Shown in pieces: positions 6,675 to 14,844 of a stretch of DNA of 38,452 nt; the stretch's first letter is position 1, and the number at the start of each line of letters is the position of its first letter. The stretch is from the IMG/VR virus record IMGVR_UViG_3300044667_000034, positions 1 through 38,452 of that record, one strand, 5' to 3'. The notes beneath the pieces are model-generated. The model was not told the DNA's origin and made no database searches. It was given only the letters and a program-made list of their open reading frames with translations. Source of the stretch: a virus. Taxonomy: Duplodnaviria > Caudoviricetes. A program made the translations under genes and the position numbers.

Positions 6675-6713
6675 TCCATCCCGCCAAGCAGGGCGGAAAC
6701 GAAGGAGACGGAA

Positions 6714-6899
6714 ATGGGCAGCAGCGAAATGAAGATCAGCCGGCGCGAAGACCTCGGCAACGAATGGGAAGCCAACTTCTGGAGCGACGGGTCTATCACC
6801 CTTCACGACGCGAGCGGCGGCGACACGATCTGGTTGCCGGCCGACACCGCCAAGCGCCTCGCAGCCATCATCAAGGAAGCTGAGAAACTCGCGGCTTGA
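6714..6899 (+). CDS. Small hypothetical early protein
   Basis: ORF track; AAGGAG RBS. Confidence 0.75.
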   Translation: MGSSEMKISRREDLGNEWEANFWSDGSITLHDASGGDTIWLPADTAKRLAAIIKEAEKLAA

Positions 6900-6941
6900 C
6901 CGCTTAGGCCTCCGTCTTCGGGCGGAGTTCTAAACGATCAA
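6896..6941 (+). other. Long imperfect hairpin with a C-UUCG-G tetraloop and no U-tract
   Basis: TTGACCGCTTAG-GC-CTCCGTC-TTCG-GGCGGAG-TT-CTAAACGATCAA, about 21-bp stem. Confidence 0.6.
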
Positions 6942-6995
6942 CACCCCACTGATCTGCCAGACGGCACGACAAGGGCGGCAACGGAGACGACGAAG

Positions 6996-7307
6996 ATGGA
7001 AGACTCACGACAGGTTCAGCGGGCGCAGTTCCGCGCGGAGATGAAGCGCGGTGCCAGCATCGCCAAGGCGCGTGCTCGCAAAGCTCATCAGAAGGCCATG
7101 CTCGATCGCCAGACGGCCCGCGAGAAAGACGGCTCGTACACTGGCCGTGGCACAAAGGCCGCGATGGCCAAGTCTCGATCCCGCATCGATGCCCGAACCG
7201 TTCATAAGGGCAAGCCGTTCGGGCGCATCTTGTTCTCCCTCGATGATGGTTTTCGCGAGCATTCGTTCCACGCAACGAAGGGCTGGCGTTCGCACGCTTC
7301 GGCCTAA
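6996..7307 (+). CDS. Basic hypothetical early protein
   Basis: ORF track; Arg/Lys-rich; C-terminal 'HATKGWR'. Confidence 0.7.
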   Translation: MEDSRQVQRAQFRAEMKRGASIAKARARKAHQKAMLDRQTAREKDGSYTGRGTKAAMAKSRSRIDARTVHKGKPFGRILFSLDDGFREHSFHATKGWRSHASA

Positions 7308-7365
7308 CCACCCATCCCCACTAATCACCCTTCCACAAGAAGGGGAAGAACACAGGAGACGAGAG

Positions 7366-7785
7366 ATGACGGATGCAGCGGAAATTTTCGCGGAAATGAA
7401 TGTTCGGATTGACCGGCTGATCTGGATACCCGCAGCCATCGGGGGCGGAGAGGTAGCTAGCGATCTCATTGAGGCTGTCAACGACCTTTACGACAATAAC
7501 GAGCAGGTCGTAGCCGCTCTACCTCACGCCAAGCCGCTGTTTACCTCCGATGCTGAACCGGACAGCGAATTGATCGTCGCATATCTAGCTCCAGTGAAGG
7601 GCTTCCTTGCGCAACTCGCTCGGCCAATCCCAACGGCATTCTTCCGCACCGGCGGGCACGCCTACAGCTGGGGATATTACCAGACACAGTGGGTCTATGT
7701 CGATGATCTCTCCGGGCTCCACGAGATCGCGAAGACGTTTTCCGAAGATGTTGTCGAGACGGCTCGACGCGAAATGGCCGCCTAA
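7366..7785 (+). CDS. Hypothetical early protein
   Basis: MTDAAEIFAEM... with AGGAG RBS, inside ORF 7051..7785. Confidence 0.75.
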   Translation: MTDAAEIFAEMNVRIDRLIWIPAAIGGGEVASDLIEAVNDLYDNNEQVVAALPHAKPLFTSDAEPDSELIVAYLAPVKGFLAQLARPIPTAFFRTGGHAYSWGYYQTQWVYVDDLSGLHEIAKTFSEDVVETARREMAA

Positions 7786-7835
7786 TCACCCCACCCCACA
7801 GACGGCGTTTGTCATCGCCGGACAGAGAGACAACC

Positions 7836-8207
7836 ATGAGCGACCCCCTGGAAATACGCTTCGAATTTGAAGACCTCCACATCACCATTCTCGGCACCTT
7901 CTACAAGGAAGTCGGGTTCAGCGGGATAGCGACCCTAGCTGGCGATGAGGATGGTTTCACCGTCGTCATGATTGAGCTTGATGGTGGCCCGACACTTCGC
8001 CGCCGCGGCAATCTCAACATGGGCCTGTCCAGCACCTCATTCGAGGACAGCTTTGCGGAGCGCATCTGCGAGGTGATTGAAAATCCCAAGACCGACATCG
8101 GCCGGCTGGCTGAGTCCGCATGGCTAAACCTTGTCGAGGACTGTTGCAGCCACGAGAGCCAGTCCGCAGCAACGGCAGATTATCAGAGGAGTCTCGCTCA
8201 TGGGTGA
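7836..8207 (+). CDS. Hypothetical acidic early protein
   Basis: MSDPLEIRFE... inside ORF 7809..8207. Confidence 0.75.
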   Translation: MSDPLEIRFEFEDLHITILGTFYKEVGFSGIATLAGDEDGFTVVMIELDGGPTLRRRGNLNMGLSSTSFEDSFAERICEVIENPKTDIGRLAESAWLNLVEDCCSHESQSAATADYQRSLAHG

Positions 8208-8298
8208 GGTGGATGAGAAGCTGAAGGCGTTCGGCCCCAAGGCTGACTATTGGCCGCTTGTGTCGCTCCTCGAAGCGATCTGACGGGAAGCAACGGAC

Positions 8299-9003
8299 AT
8301 GACCGACAAGATCGAAGCAAAGGTAACGCAGCACGTCGTGAAGGGAAGCGGCTTCAATTCCAATGGTGGCGGCTTTGCCAAGATTTCCGTTAACGGCACC
8401 GTCTACGACGCTCAATACGTGGCCAGCGTCTTCCTCGCCGCCCTCGCAGCACCAGCCAGCGCTGCTGAGCCGGTGAAGGTGAAGCCGCTGGAGTGGGTAG
8501 ACGACGAAACCCGACCCGACACTTCATGGCAGGCGAACACCTTTTGGGGACACTACCGCATCTTCCAAGTTTGGTGGGGAGCACAGGATAAATGGGGTTT
8601 TTGCTGTGCCGATACAGCCGAACAGCTTTTCCACACGCTAGAGGCCGCGAAAGCCGCCGCCCAAGCCGACTACGAGCAGCGCATCCTCTCCGCCCTAGCC
8701 ACCCCTCCCGCATCCTCCCTCTCCGAACTAGACCGTCTCCAGTCTTCCAATGAAGCGAGCGAATGGCAGCCGATCGAGACGGCGCCGAAGGATGGGACGG
8801 AATTCCTGGCGAACGACGGAGCATCAACCGTCGTTTGCTGGTGGCGCGAACGAGACCCTGAGGGGTATCTGGACGGCTTCCCGTGGAGATTTGCCGAGAT
8901 CGACGACGGTTCGGTTTCGGAGAATGGGTACTCGGTTAACCACCCTCCTAAGCTCTGGATGCCAATGCCCGTCCCGACATCATCCCAGACGGGGGGCAAG
9001 TGA
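8299..9003 (+). CDS. DUF551-like multidomain phage protein
   Basis: 'VKVKPLEW', 'AAQADYEQRILSAL', 'WQPIETAPKDG...WMPMP' motifs. Confidence 0.8.
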   Translation: MTDKIEAKVTQHVVKGSGFNSNGGGFAKISVNGTVYDAQYVASVFLAALAAPASAAEPVKVKPLEWVDDETRPDTSWQANTFWGHYRIFQVWWGAQDKWGFCCADTAEQLFHTLEAAKAAAQADYEQRILSALATPPASSLSELDRLQSSNEASEWQPIETAPKDGTEFLANDGASTVVCWWRERDPEGYLDGFPWRFAEIDDGSVSENGYSVNHPPKLWMPMPVPTSSQTGGK

Positions 9004-9213
9004 ATGGTCGAGTATCGTTTCCCCTCCGAAGAAGAACTGTTCCAGCGCCGGATGATCGCACTCCGATCCGCCAACGAGATCGGCAAGTGGTGGTTTGCCC
9101 TGTGGTTCGCGACCATCCTGGCTCTCGGCATAGTCGCCGCCGTCGCCTTCACGCCCGGTCTCAACGGCCTTTCCCGTGTCGAGCAGCAATTCCAAGCAGA
9201 TGCAAGGAGATAG
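9004..9213 (+). CDS. Small single-pass membrane protein
   Basis: 'WWFALWFATILALGIVAAVAF' hydrophobic segment. Confidence 0.7.
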   Translation: MVEYRFPSEEELFQRRMIALRSANEIGKWWFALWFATILALGIVAAVAFTPGLNGLSRVEQQFQADARR

Positions 9214-9215
9214 TC

Positions 9216-9419
9216 ATGAACATCGAAAGAATCATGCTTACCAAGCGCGTCGATCAGGCCATGTCAGCCCGGCGCTTTGCGCATCACAAGCTTCGGATCG
9301 GCGATCGTTTCGGTCATCGCACCGAAATGCACGAGGCCTTGTTCTACCTGAAACTCGCTCGGGAGTGGAAACCGAAGCTACAGGTTGAGCCGATCAAATA
9401 TCAGGAGGCTGCCGAATGA
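9216..9419 (+). CDS. Small hypothetical protein
   Basis: MNIERIMLTKR... with AAGGAG RBS; ATGA overlap with the next gene. Confidence 0.7.
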   Translation: MNIERIMLTKRVDQAMSARRFAHHKLRIGDRFGHRTEMHEALFYLKLAREWKPKLQVEPIKYQEAAE

Positions 9420-9925
9420 ACGAGCGATTTCTCGCGGTAGACGCCGCGTCCGTCAAAGCCATCGTAGCAGACCTCAAGGTCAGGTTCCCTGAACTTGATG
9501 AGGACGCCGGCCTGTTCTCCGACGTTCTAGAGGGTCAGACCAGCTTCTATGAAGTCATCAACCAAGCGATCGACATCAAGCTCGATGCCGACGCCATGGT
9601 TGAAGGCATCAGGCTCCGGGAGCAAGCTCTAGAGGCTCGCCGCAAGCGCTTCGAAGACAAATCCGACGCTATGCGGGTTGTCATCCAGCAATTGATGGAA
9701 GTCGCAAATCAACAAAAAGTCACGCTGCCGGTAGCCACGTTATCGATCCAAGCTGGCCGGTCTAAGACCGTTGTCTACGAGCCAGAGGTGCTCCCGCAAG
9801 GTTTCTTCTCCCTTGTGCGGAAGCCGGACACCAAAGCAATCACAGAGGCGCTGAAGGCCGGCGAGGACATCCCCGGCGCCACCTTGGAGCGCGGTCACCC
9901 AACCCTGGCGATAAGGACAAAGTGA
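9416..9925 (+). CDS. Siphovirus Gp157 family protein (Mu Gam-like coiled coil)
   Basis: Coiled coil followed by 'KPDTKAITEALKAGEDIPGATL...LAIR' Gp157 C-terminus. Confidence 0.85.
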   Translation: MNERFLAVDAASVKAIVADLKVRFPELDEDAGLFSDVLEGQTSFYEVINQAIDIKLDADAMVEGIRLREQALEARRKRFEDKSDAMRVVIQQLMEVANQQKVTLPVATLSIQAGRSKTVVYEPEVLPQGFFSLVRKPDTKAITEALKAGEDIPGATLERGHPTLAIRTK

Positions 9926-10434
9926 TGGCTGGGATCACGCTTGAGCAATTGAAAGACCTCTACCGCCCGTTTCCTGCTGACGTGGTGCACTGGAGAGCGC
10001 AGACCGTTACCAAGGCCCGCGGGGAAGGATACGCCGCACTTGCCTTGGCCTATATTGACGCTCGTGACGTCATGGATCTTCTGGATAGCGTCTGTACGCC
10101 CCCGAACTGGCAGAGCGAGCACTTCGACGCCGGCGACGGCAAGCTCGGATGCCGCATCGGCATTTTGATCGAAGATCGCTGGGTGTGGAAATCCGATGGC
10201 GCTGGGGACACGGACGTCGAGGCCGAAAAGGGTGCGTTCTCTGGCGCGCTGAAGCGGGCCGGCGTGAGCTGGGGCATCGGCCGCTACCTCTATGACCTTG
10301 GCAACGTGTGGGTGCCTTGTGAGGTCACAGACAACCAAGGCAAACCCAAATTCAAGAAATTCACCGACGACCCGTGGAACCACGTCCGCAATCGCGCGGC
10401 GTTCCTCCCCAAGCCCAAGAAGGAAGCGGCATAA
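9922..10434 (+). CDS. Rad52/Rad22-like (Sak) single-strand annealing protein
   Basis: 'PFPADVVHWR', 'AYIDARDVMDLLD', 'EKGAFSGALKRAGVSWGIGRYLY'. Confidence 0.9.
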   Translation: MMAGITLEQLKDLYRPFPADVVHWRAQTVTKARGEGYAALALAYIDARDVMDLLDSVCTPPNWQSEHFDAGDGKLGCRIGILIEDRWVWKSDGAGDTDVEAEKGAFSGALKRAGVSWGIGRYLYDLGNVWVPCEVTDNQGKPKFKKFTDDPWNHVRNRAAFLPKPKKEAA

Positions 10435-10859
10435 TGCAAGTCCTCATCATCGCAGGCAATGTCGGCAAAGACGCCGTTCTCCGCAGGACGCAGGACGGAG
10501 ACGCCGTGCTCGGCTTCTCGCTCGCCGTCGACAACGGCAAAGACCGCGACGGCAACCAGCGACCATCGACATGGTACGACTGCTCAATTTGGGGCAAGCG
10601 AGCCGAGTCCCTGGAGCGCCATATTGTCAAGGGCCTCAAGCTGGCGCTCTCCGGCCGCCCCTCGGCAAGAGAGCATGAGGGCAAGGCGTACCTGGGCATC
10701 ACCGTTGACGACCTTACGTTCATGGGCGGCGGCAACGCTGACCGCAGCGAGCGTCAGGACAGGAGCGGCGGCGACTACGGAGCGGCAAGCGGCGGCTCAT
10801 CTCGGCGTGCAGCACCAACGCCAGATTACGATGACGACCCGGATTCCATACCTTTCTAG
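10434..10859 (+). CDS. ssb: Single-stranded DNA-binding protein
   Basis: MQVLIIAGNVGKDA..., 'WYDCSIWGKRAE', acidic tail 'DDDPDSIPF'. Confidence 0.95.
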   Translation: MQVLIIAGNVGKDAVLRRTQDGDAVLGFSLAVDNGKDRDGNQRPSTWYDCSIWGKRAESLERHIVKGLKLALSGRPSAREHEGKAYLGITVDDLTFMGGGNADRSERQDRSGGDYGAASGGSSRRAAPTPDYDDDPDSIPF

Positions 10860-10870
10860 GAGACGCCATC

Positions 10871-11464
10871 ATGCCCATCCCCTTCACATGGACAGGAGAC
10901 AGCTTCCAGCCAGCGAACCGCCATTGGTCGCGCAAGTGCGATGAGCGGTTTGTCGTGGGCGAGACATACACGATGGAGGAGATCCACGCTCGTTCTTCGG
11001 CAACCCATGCCCACTATTTTGCTTTGCTGAATGACATCTGGCAGAGTTTGCCGGAGCATCTTTCCGAGCAATACCCCTCGGCAGAGCACCTTCGCAAATA
11101 CGCTCTGATCAAGACCGGCTATCACACGATGCAGCAGCACGTGTGCAAGTCGGAAGCCGAAGCGAAGCGGCTGGCGGCGGTCATCAGGCCCTACGACTCC
11201 TATCAGGTCGTTCTGGTCAAGGACAGCATCGTCACCGTCTACCACGCGATCAGCCAGGATTACCGATCTATGGACCGCAAGACGTTCGCGGAGTCCAAGG
11301 AAAGGGTTCTCGACTGGTGCGCGTCCCTCATCGACATCGAACTTGAACCCGGCATCTCGTTACGGCCGGCTCACCGCGGCGCTCCGCCCTCTTCAGCGTC
11401 GTCAACCCACGCGGCCGGGCCATCCAATACCCGGTCGCGTGATTATCTAACGGAAAGGGCTTGA
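10871..11464 (+). CDS. NinB/DUF1367-like phage recombination-associated protein
   Basis: 'RSSATHAHYFALL...AEHLRK...SQDYRSMDRKTF' resembles the NinB/Orf-like pattern; follows ssb. Confidence 0.55.
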   Translation: MPIPFTWTGDSFQPANRHWSRKCDERFVVGETYTMEEIHARSSATHAHYFALLNDIWQSLPEHLSEQYPSAEHLRKYALIKTGYHTMQQHVCKSEAEAKRLAAVIRPYDSYQVVLVKDSIVTVYHAISQDYRSMDRKTFAESKERVLDWCASLIDIELEPGISLRPAHRGAPPSSASSTHAAGPSNTRSRDYLTERA

Positions 11465-11465
11465 G

Positions 11466-11810
11466 ATGCGTGTTCTCGTCTGCGGCGGTCGCGACTTCGT
11501 TATGAGCGATCATTTCGCCAACGTCTTCCATGACATACTAGGCCGTGTCGGCGCTACGTCAGTGATTCACGGCGGGGCACGTGGGGCTGATGCCGAAGCT
11601 GGCAAGTTGGCTTGGGGAAGAGGTCTGCCGGTCGAGGTCTTCCACCCCGACTGGTCCAAGGGGCGCAAGGCAGGCCCGATGCGCAATCAGCGCATGATAG
11701 ACGAAGGCAAGCCCGATCTCGTTATAGCCTTCCCAGGAGGTCGCGGCACGGCGGACATGATCCATCGGGCGAATGTTGCGGGCATCGAAGTCGTGGAGAT
11801 TAGCGCATGA
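11466..11810 (+). CDS. SLOG/YspA-like (DUF2493) protein
   Basis: MRVLVCGGRDF, IHGGARGAD, 'AGPMRNQRM', 'AFPGGRGTADM'. Confidence 0.9.
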   Translation: MRVLVCGGRDFVMSDHFANVFHDILGRVGATSVIHGGARGADAEAGKLAWGRGLPVEVFHPDWSKGRKAGPMRNQRMIDEGKPDLVIAFPGGRGTADMIHRANVAGIEVVEISA

Positions 11811-11958
11811 CCGCTCAATCCCACCTCCGCAAGTTCCCCCATGCCCGCTCCAGCACATTAGCGGATCTGGAAAAGCGCCAGCAGACCACCGAGCAGTTAC
11901 GCCGGGAACTCGCGCAATCCAAGCCCCGCCCATGGTGGATGTTCTGGAGGAAGCGGTG

Positions 11959-12232
11959 ATGCGAGTCCTCGTCTGCGGCGGTAGAGAATACAACGCCTAT
12001 TGGGTTCTTAAAGAAGAACTCGGCAAGCTATCCCTCACCCACAAAATAACCGAGGTCATCGAAGGTGGCGCGAAAGGCGCTGACGCCCTCGCTCGCGAGT
12101 GGGCTCACCGGTGCGGAGTCAAGAACACCACCTATGCCGCCGATTGGCTTGGAGAAGGCCCGAAGGCCGGACCTAGCCGACATGGTAAAGCGCGCCCGCA
12201 AAGCCGGAGTGCCTGTCAGGGAGGTTCGGTGA
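11959..12232 (+). pseudogene. Second SLOG/YspA (DUF2493) paralogue with an internal deletion and frameshift; reads in frame into the HNH gene
   Basis: MRVLVCGGREY...GPKAGP, then the RNQRM..FPGGRGT segment is missing; the remnant ADMVKRARKAGVPVREVR* lies in the +1 frame at 12176-12232. Confidence 0.8.
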
Positions 12233-12648
12233 TGGTTCGCCCCGTCCCTGAATGGATCGCCAAGAGCGATGACGCCAAAATCCCCGACCGCGTTCGTGAC
12301 CGCATCTTCGAGCGCGACGGCCATGTCTGCCACATCTGCAAGCTCACGATAAAGCCGGGCGAAACCTGGGATGCCGATCACGTCATTGCCTTGATAAACG
12401 GGGGAGAGCACCGAGAACGAAACCTCTCTCCCGCGCATAAGCACTGCCATATCACGAAATCAGCGATTGACGTGAAGGTCAAGGCGAAGATCGCCCGCGT
12501 CCGTCAGCGGCACAACGGCGTCAAGCGACCCACTGGGAAGCTCCGCGGCCCGAGTTTCCCCAAGTTCGACAAACCCCGCCACGGCATCGACAAGTCTGTC
12601 CTGCCGGAGCTTCCCCGCCGTCCAATCTACCGCAAGGAAGAAGCATGA
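12232..12648 (+). CDS. HNH endonuclease
   Basis: 'IFERDGHVCHIC...DHVIALINGGEHRERNL...HKHCH'; GGAGG RBS before ATG 12232. Confidence 0.9.
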   Translation: MVRPVPEWIAKSDDAKIPDRVRDRIFERDGHVCHICKLTIKPGETWDADHVIALINGGEHRERNLSPAHKHCHITKSAIDVKVKAKIARVRQRHNGVKRPTGKLRGPSFPKFDKPRHGIDKSVLPELPRRPIYRKEEA

Positions 12649-12908
12649 GACACAGACCGATTTTTGGCTTCCGGCTTCACAAAGGCGAACCGGAGAATCC
12701 CACGAGGATGCGGGCCTACACCGGCAGTCTACTCATGAAGGATTTAGGCCCAGAGGGCATCAACAACTATACCGATCACGCAATCGCGCGCTGGTACGGC
12801 ATATCCTTCAGGCTCAAGTGGTTCTTTGGCCTATGGCTGCTCGGAGATACGACATACCCACGAGAACGTGGCCCTATCCCGAATTTCAACGAGGAGCCCC
12901 GCCCATGA
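12645..12908 (+). CDS. Hypothetical protein
   Basis: ORF track; ATGA overlaps on both sides. Confidence 0.7.
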   Translation: MRHRPIFGFRLHKGEPENPTRMRAYTGSLLMKDLGPEGINNYTDHAIARWYGISFRLKWFFGLWLLGDTTYPRERGPIPNFNEEPRP

Positions 12909-13381
12909 CCTCCACCACGCGAGAGAATGCAGATATCGTCGACCGGCTACGCGACCCGGAATTCGCAGGGCCGATGCGCCACCTTCAGGACTGGTATGAA
13001 ATCGATACCATCATGGCGAATGCCGCCACCGAGATCGCGTCTCTCCGACGAGAGCTAGCAGAACTCCGCGAGGACAAGCGTATCGTCGATGAGCTGCTCG
13101 ATGCCGCCGTAGAGCAGCGGGACGAAGCGAGATCGGAAAACGCGACCCTTCGCGAGATAATCAGCGAGAGCGCCGCAGCGATCGGCAACGGAGCCGCAAT
13201 AGCCCCCCAATGCTCTGTCGAGTTCATGCAGGGCTTGCCGCGAGAGATTGCACTGTGCACCAGCCGTCTGACGGCGCCACTGCAATGGATCATCGACAAT
13301 CCTGGCGCTCACCCGATGAATATGTGGAGGGTAGCGCAAGATGGCCTCCGCAAGCTCGCAGGAGAAAAGGCCGATGGGTGA
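12905..13381 (+). CDS. Hypothetical coiled-coil phage protein
   Basis: MTSTTRENADIVDRLR... with GAGGAG RBS. Confidence 0.75.
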   Translation: MTSTTRENADIVDRLRDPEFAGPMRHLQDWYEIDTIMANAATEIASLRRELAELREDKRIVDELLDAAVEQRDEARSENATLREIISESAAAIGNGAAIAPQCSVEFMQGLPREIALCTSRLTAPLQWIIDNPGAHPMNMWRVAQDGLRKLAGEKADG

Positions 13382-13655
13382 TATCGTCGAACACATCACA
13401 CCCTTGTACATCAAGGCCCACGAGGAATGGCTATCCAGCCGCGATGACAGAGATTTCTGGGAAATTGCCGTGCCGCTCGTTGCCCGCGCGACACTGGAGT
13501 ATCTGCGGGAGAACGATAAGCAAAAGCTGATCGTTGCGGCTTGGGCAGCTTGGCATTCTCGCCACGGCGGGAAACTTGGTCCCGGTCCCGCTTTTGTCGA
13601 GGCAATCGATGCCATGATCTCCGCCGCCCTCAACGATATAGAGAGGGTGGGATGA
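13374..13655 (+). CDS. Hypothetical phage protein
   Basis: MGDIVEHI... with AGGAG RBS; ends 'AMISAAL'. Confidence 0.7.
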   Translation: MGDIVEHITPLYIKAHEEWLSSRDDRDFWEIAVPLVARATLEYLRENDKQKLIVAAWAAWHSRHGGKLGPGPAFVEAIDAMISAALNDIERVG

Positions 13656-13996
13656 CAGACGTCTTTTCACCTGAGACGCTTGCCGAGCGCTGGGGCTGTT
13701 CGCCCCGCCACGTGCGCGACCTCTGCAACGAAGGTCAATTGCGGCATTTCCGCGTGGGGCGTATGTTCCGCATCCGGCGAGAGGCTTTGGAGGAATTCGA
13801 ATGGCGGGAAAACGAGAACAAGAATGGCGCCTCACAAGACTTGAGGGGGAATTCTGCGTCACCTGGGACGAGCAACGACCAGATGGTTCCAGAGCAAGAC
13901 GACGTTATCGACTTGGGACAGAAAATCGCAGAGAGGCGGAAGCGCTTGCCGCGGCTCGATACGCGGAGCTCACGCGGCCCGAAGGCACCACAATAA
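13652..13996 (+). CDS. xis: Excisionase-like HTH protein
   Basis: MTDVFSPETLAERWGCSPRHVRDLCNEGQLRHFRVGRMFRI is an HTH_17/Xis pattern; directly upstream of and overlapping the integrase. Confidence 0.8.
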   Translation: MTDVFSPETLAERWGCSPRHVRDLCNEGQLRHFRVGRMFRIRREALEEFEWRENENKNGASQDLRGNSASPGTSNDQMVPEQDDVIDLGQKIAERRKRLPRLDTRSSRGPKAPQ

Positions 13997-14844
13997 AGGC
14001 GCTCTGGCAAGGATACCAGAAGGACAAGGCGGGGAAGGTCGTGCTGGATACCATGCAGCACACATGGAAGGCCCTTGAGCCATTTTTCGGCCACCGCGAG
14101 GCAGAAAGCATCGGGACCGACGATTGCCGTGCTTACACGAAGCAGCGGCGGGCGACGAAATACAAGGCAAAAGGTTGGAAGACTGAGAAGACCGTCTCAG
14201 ATGGCTCAATCCATACGGAGCTTGGGCATCTCCGCATGATCCTGGTCTGGGCCGAAGGGAAGAGGCTCATCACTCGGGCGCCGCAGATCGAGCGGCCGGC
14301 GAAGCCAGCGCCAAAGGACCGGCATCTGACGCGCTCTGAAGTCGAGCGGATGATTGACGCCGCGAAGTCGCCCCACATCAAGTTGGCGATCCGGCTTATG
14401 GTGGGCACGGCCGCGCGGGTGACGGCGATCCTTGAACTCAAATGGGATCGGGTGAACTTCGAGCGAAACACAATCCAGCTTTGGGACCCATTCGACCTGA
14501 AGGCTCGCAAGACGCGGGCAACCGTCCCGATGAACGCTAAGCTCCGAGAGGCCCTGCTCAAGCAGCAGAACGTCTCTATGACCGAATACGTGATTGAGTA
14601 TGCGGGCGAGCGGGTGCAGTCGATAAAGAAGGGGATCAAGATCACCGCGAAGGCGATCGGTCTAGATGACGTCTCGCCTCACGTCTTTCGCCACACAGCG
14701 GCTGTGTGGATGGCGGAGGATGGGCACCCGATGTCAAAGATTGCGCAGTACCTCGGCCACGCTGACGACCGTATCACAAGTAAGGTGTACGCCCGGTATT
14801 CGCCTGGCTATCAGCAAGATCTAGCAGACAGCCTCGAAATATGA
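13801..14844 (+). CDS. int: Tyrosine recombinase (phage integrase)
   Basis: Catalytic residues: 'TAARVTAILELKW' (R), 'RKTR' (K), 'PHVFRHT' (HxxR), 'YLGH', 'VYAR' (Y); GGAGG RBS. Confidence 0.95.
   Translation: MAGKREQEWRLTRLEGEFCVTWDEQRPDGSRARRRYRLGTENRREAEALAAARYAELTRPEGTTIKALWQGYQKDKAGKVVLDTMQHTWKALEPFFGHREAESIGTDDCRAYTKQRRATKYKAKGWKTEKTVSDGSIHTELGHLRMILVWAEGKRLITRAPQIERPAKPAPKDRHLTRSEVERMIDAAKSPHIKLAIRLMVGTAARVTAILELKWDRVNFERNTIQLWDPFDLKARKTRATVPMNAKLREALLKQQNVSMTEYVIEYAGERVQSIKKGIKITAKAIGLDDVSPHVFRHTAAVWMAEDGHPMSKIAQYLGHADDRITSKVYARYSPGYQQDLADSLEI

Noticed and set aside
3002-9003. Two DUF551-like genes as a special system
   Set aside because: Multiple DUF551-type domains are routine in temperate phage early regions.
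11773-11958. N-terminal extension of the 291-aa ORF 11773..12648
   Set aside because: Overlaps the first SLOG gene; the real start is ATG 11959 with a GGAGG RBS, matching the paralogue's MRVLVCGGR.
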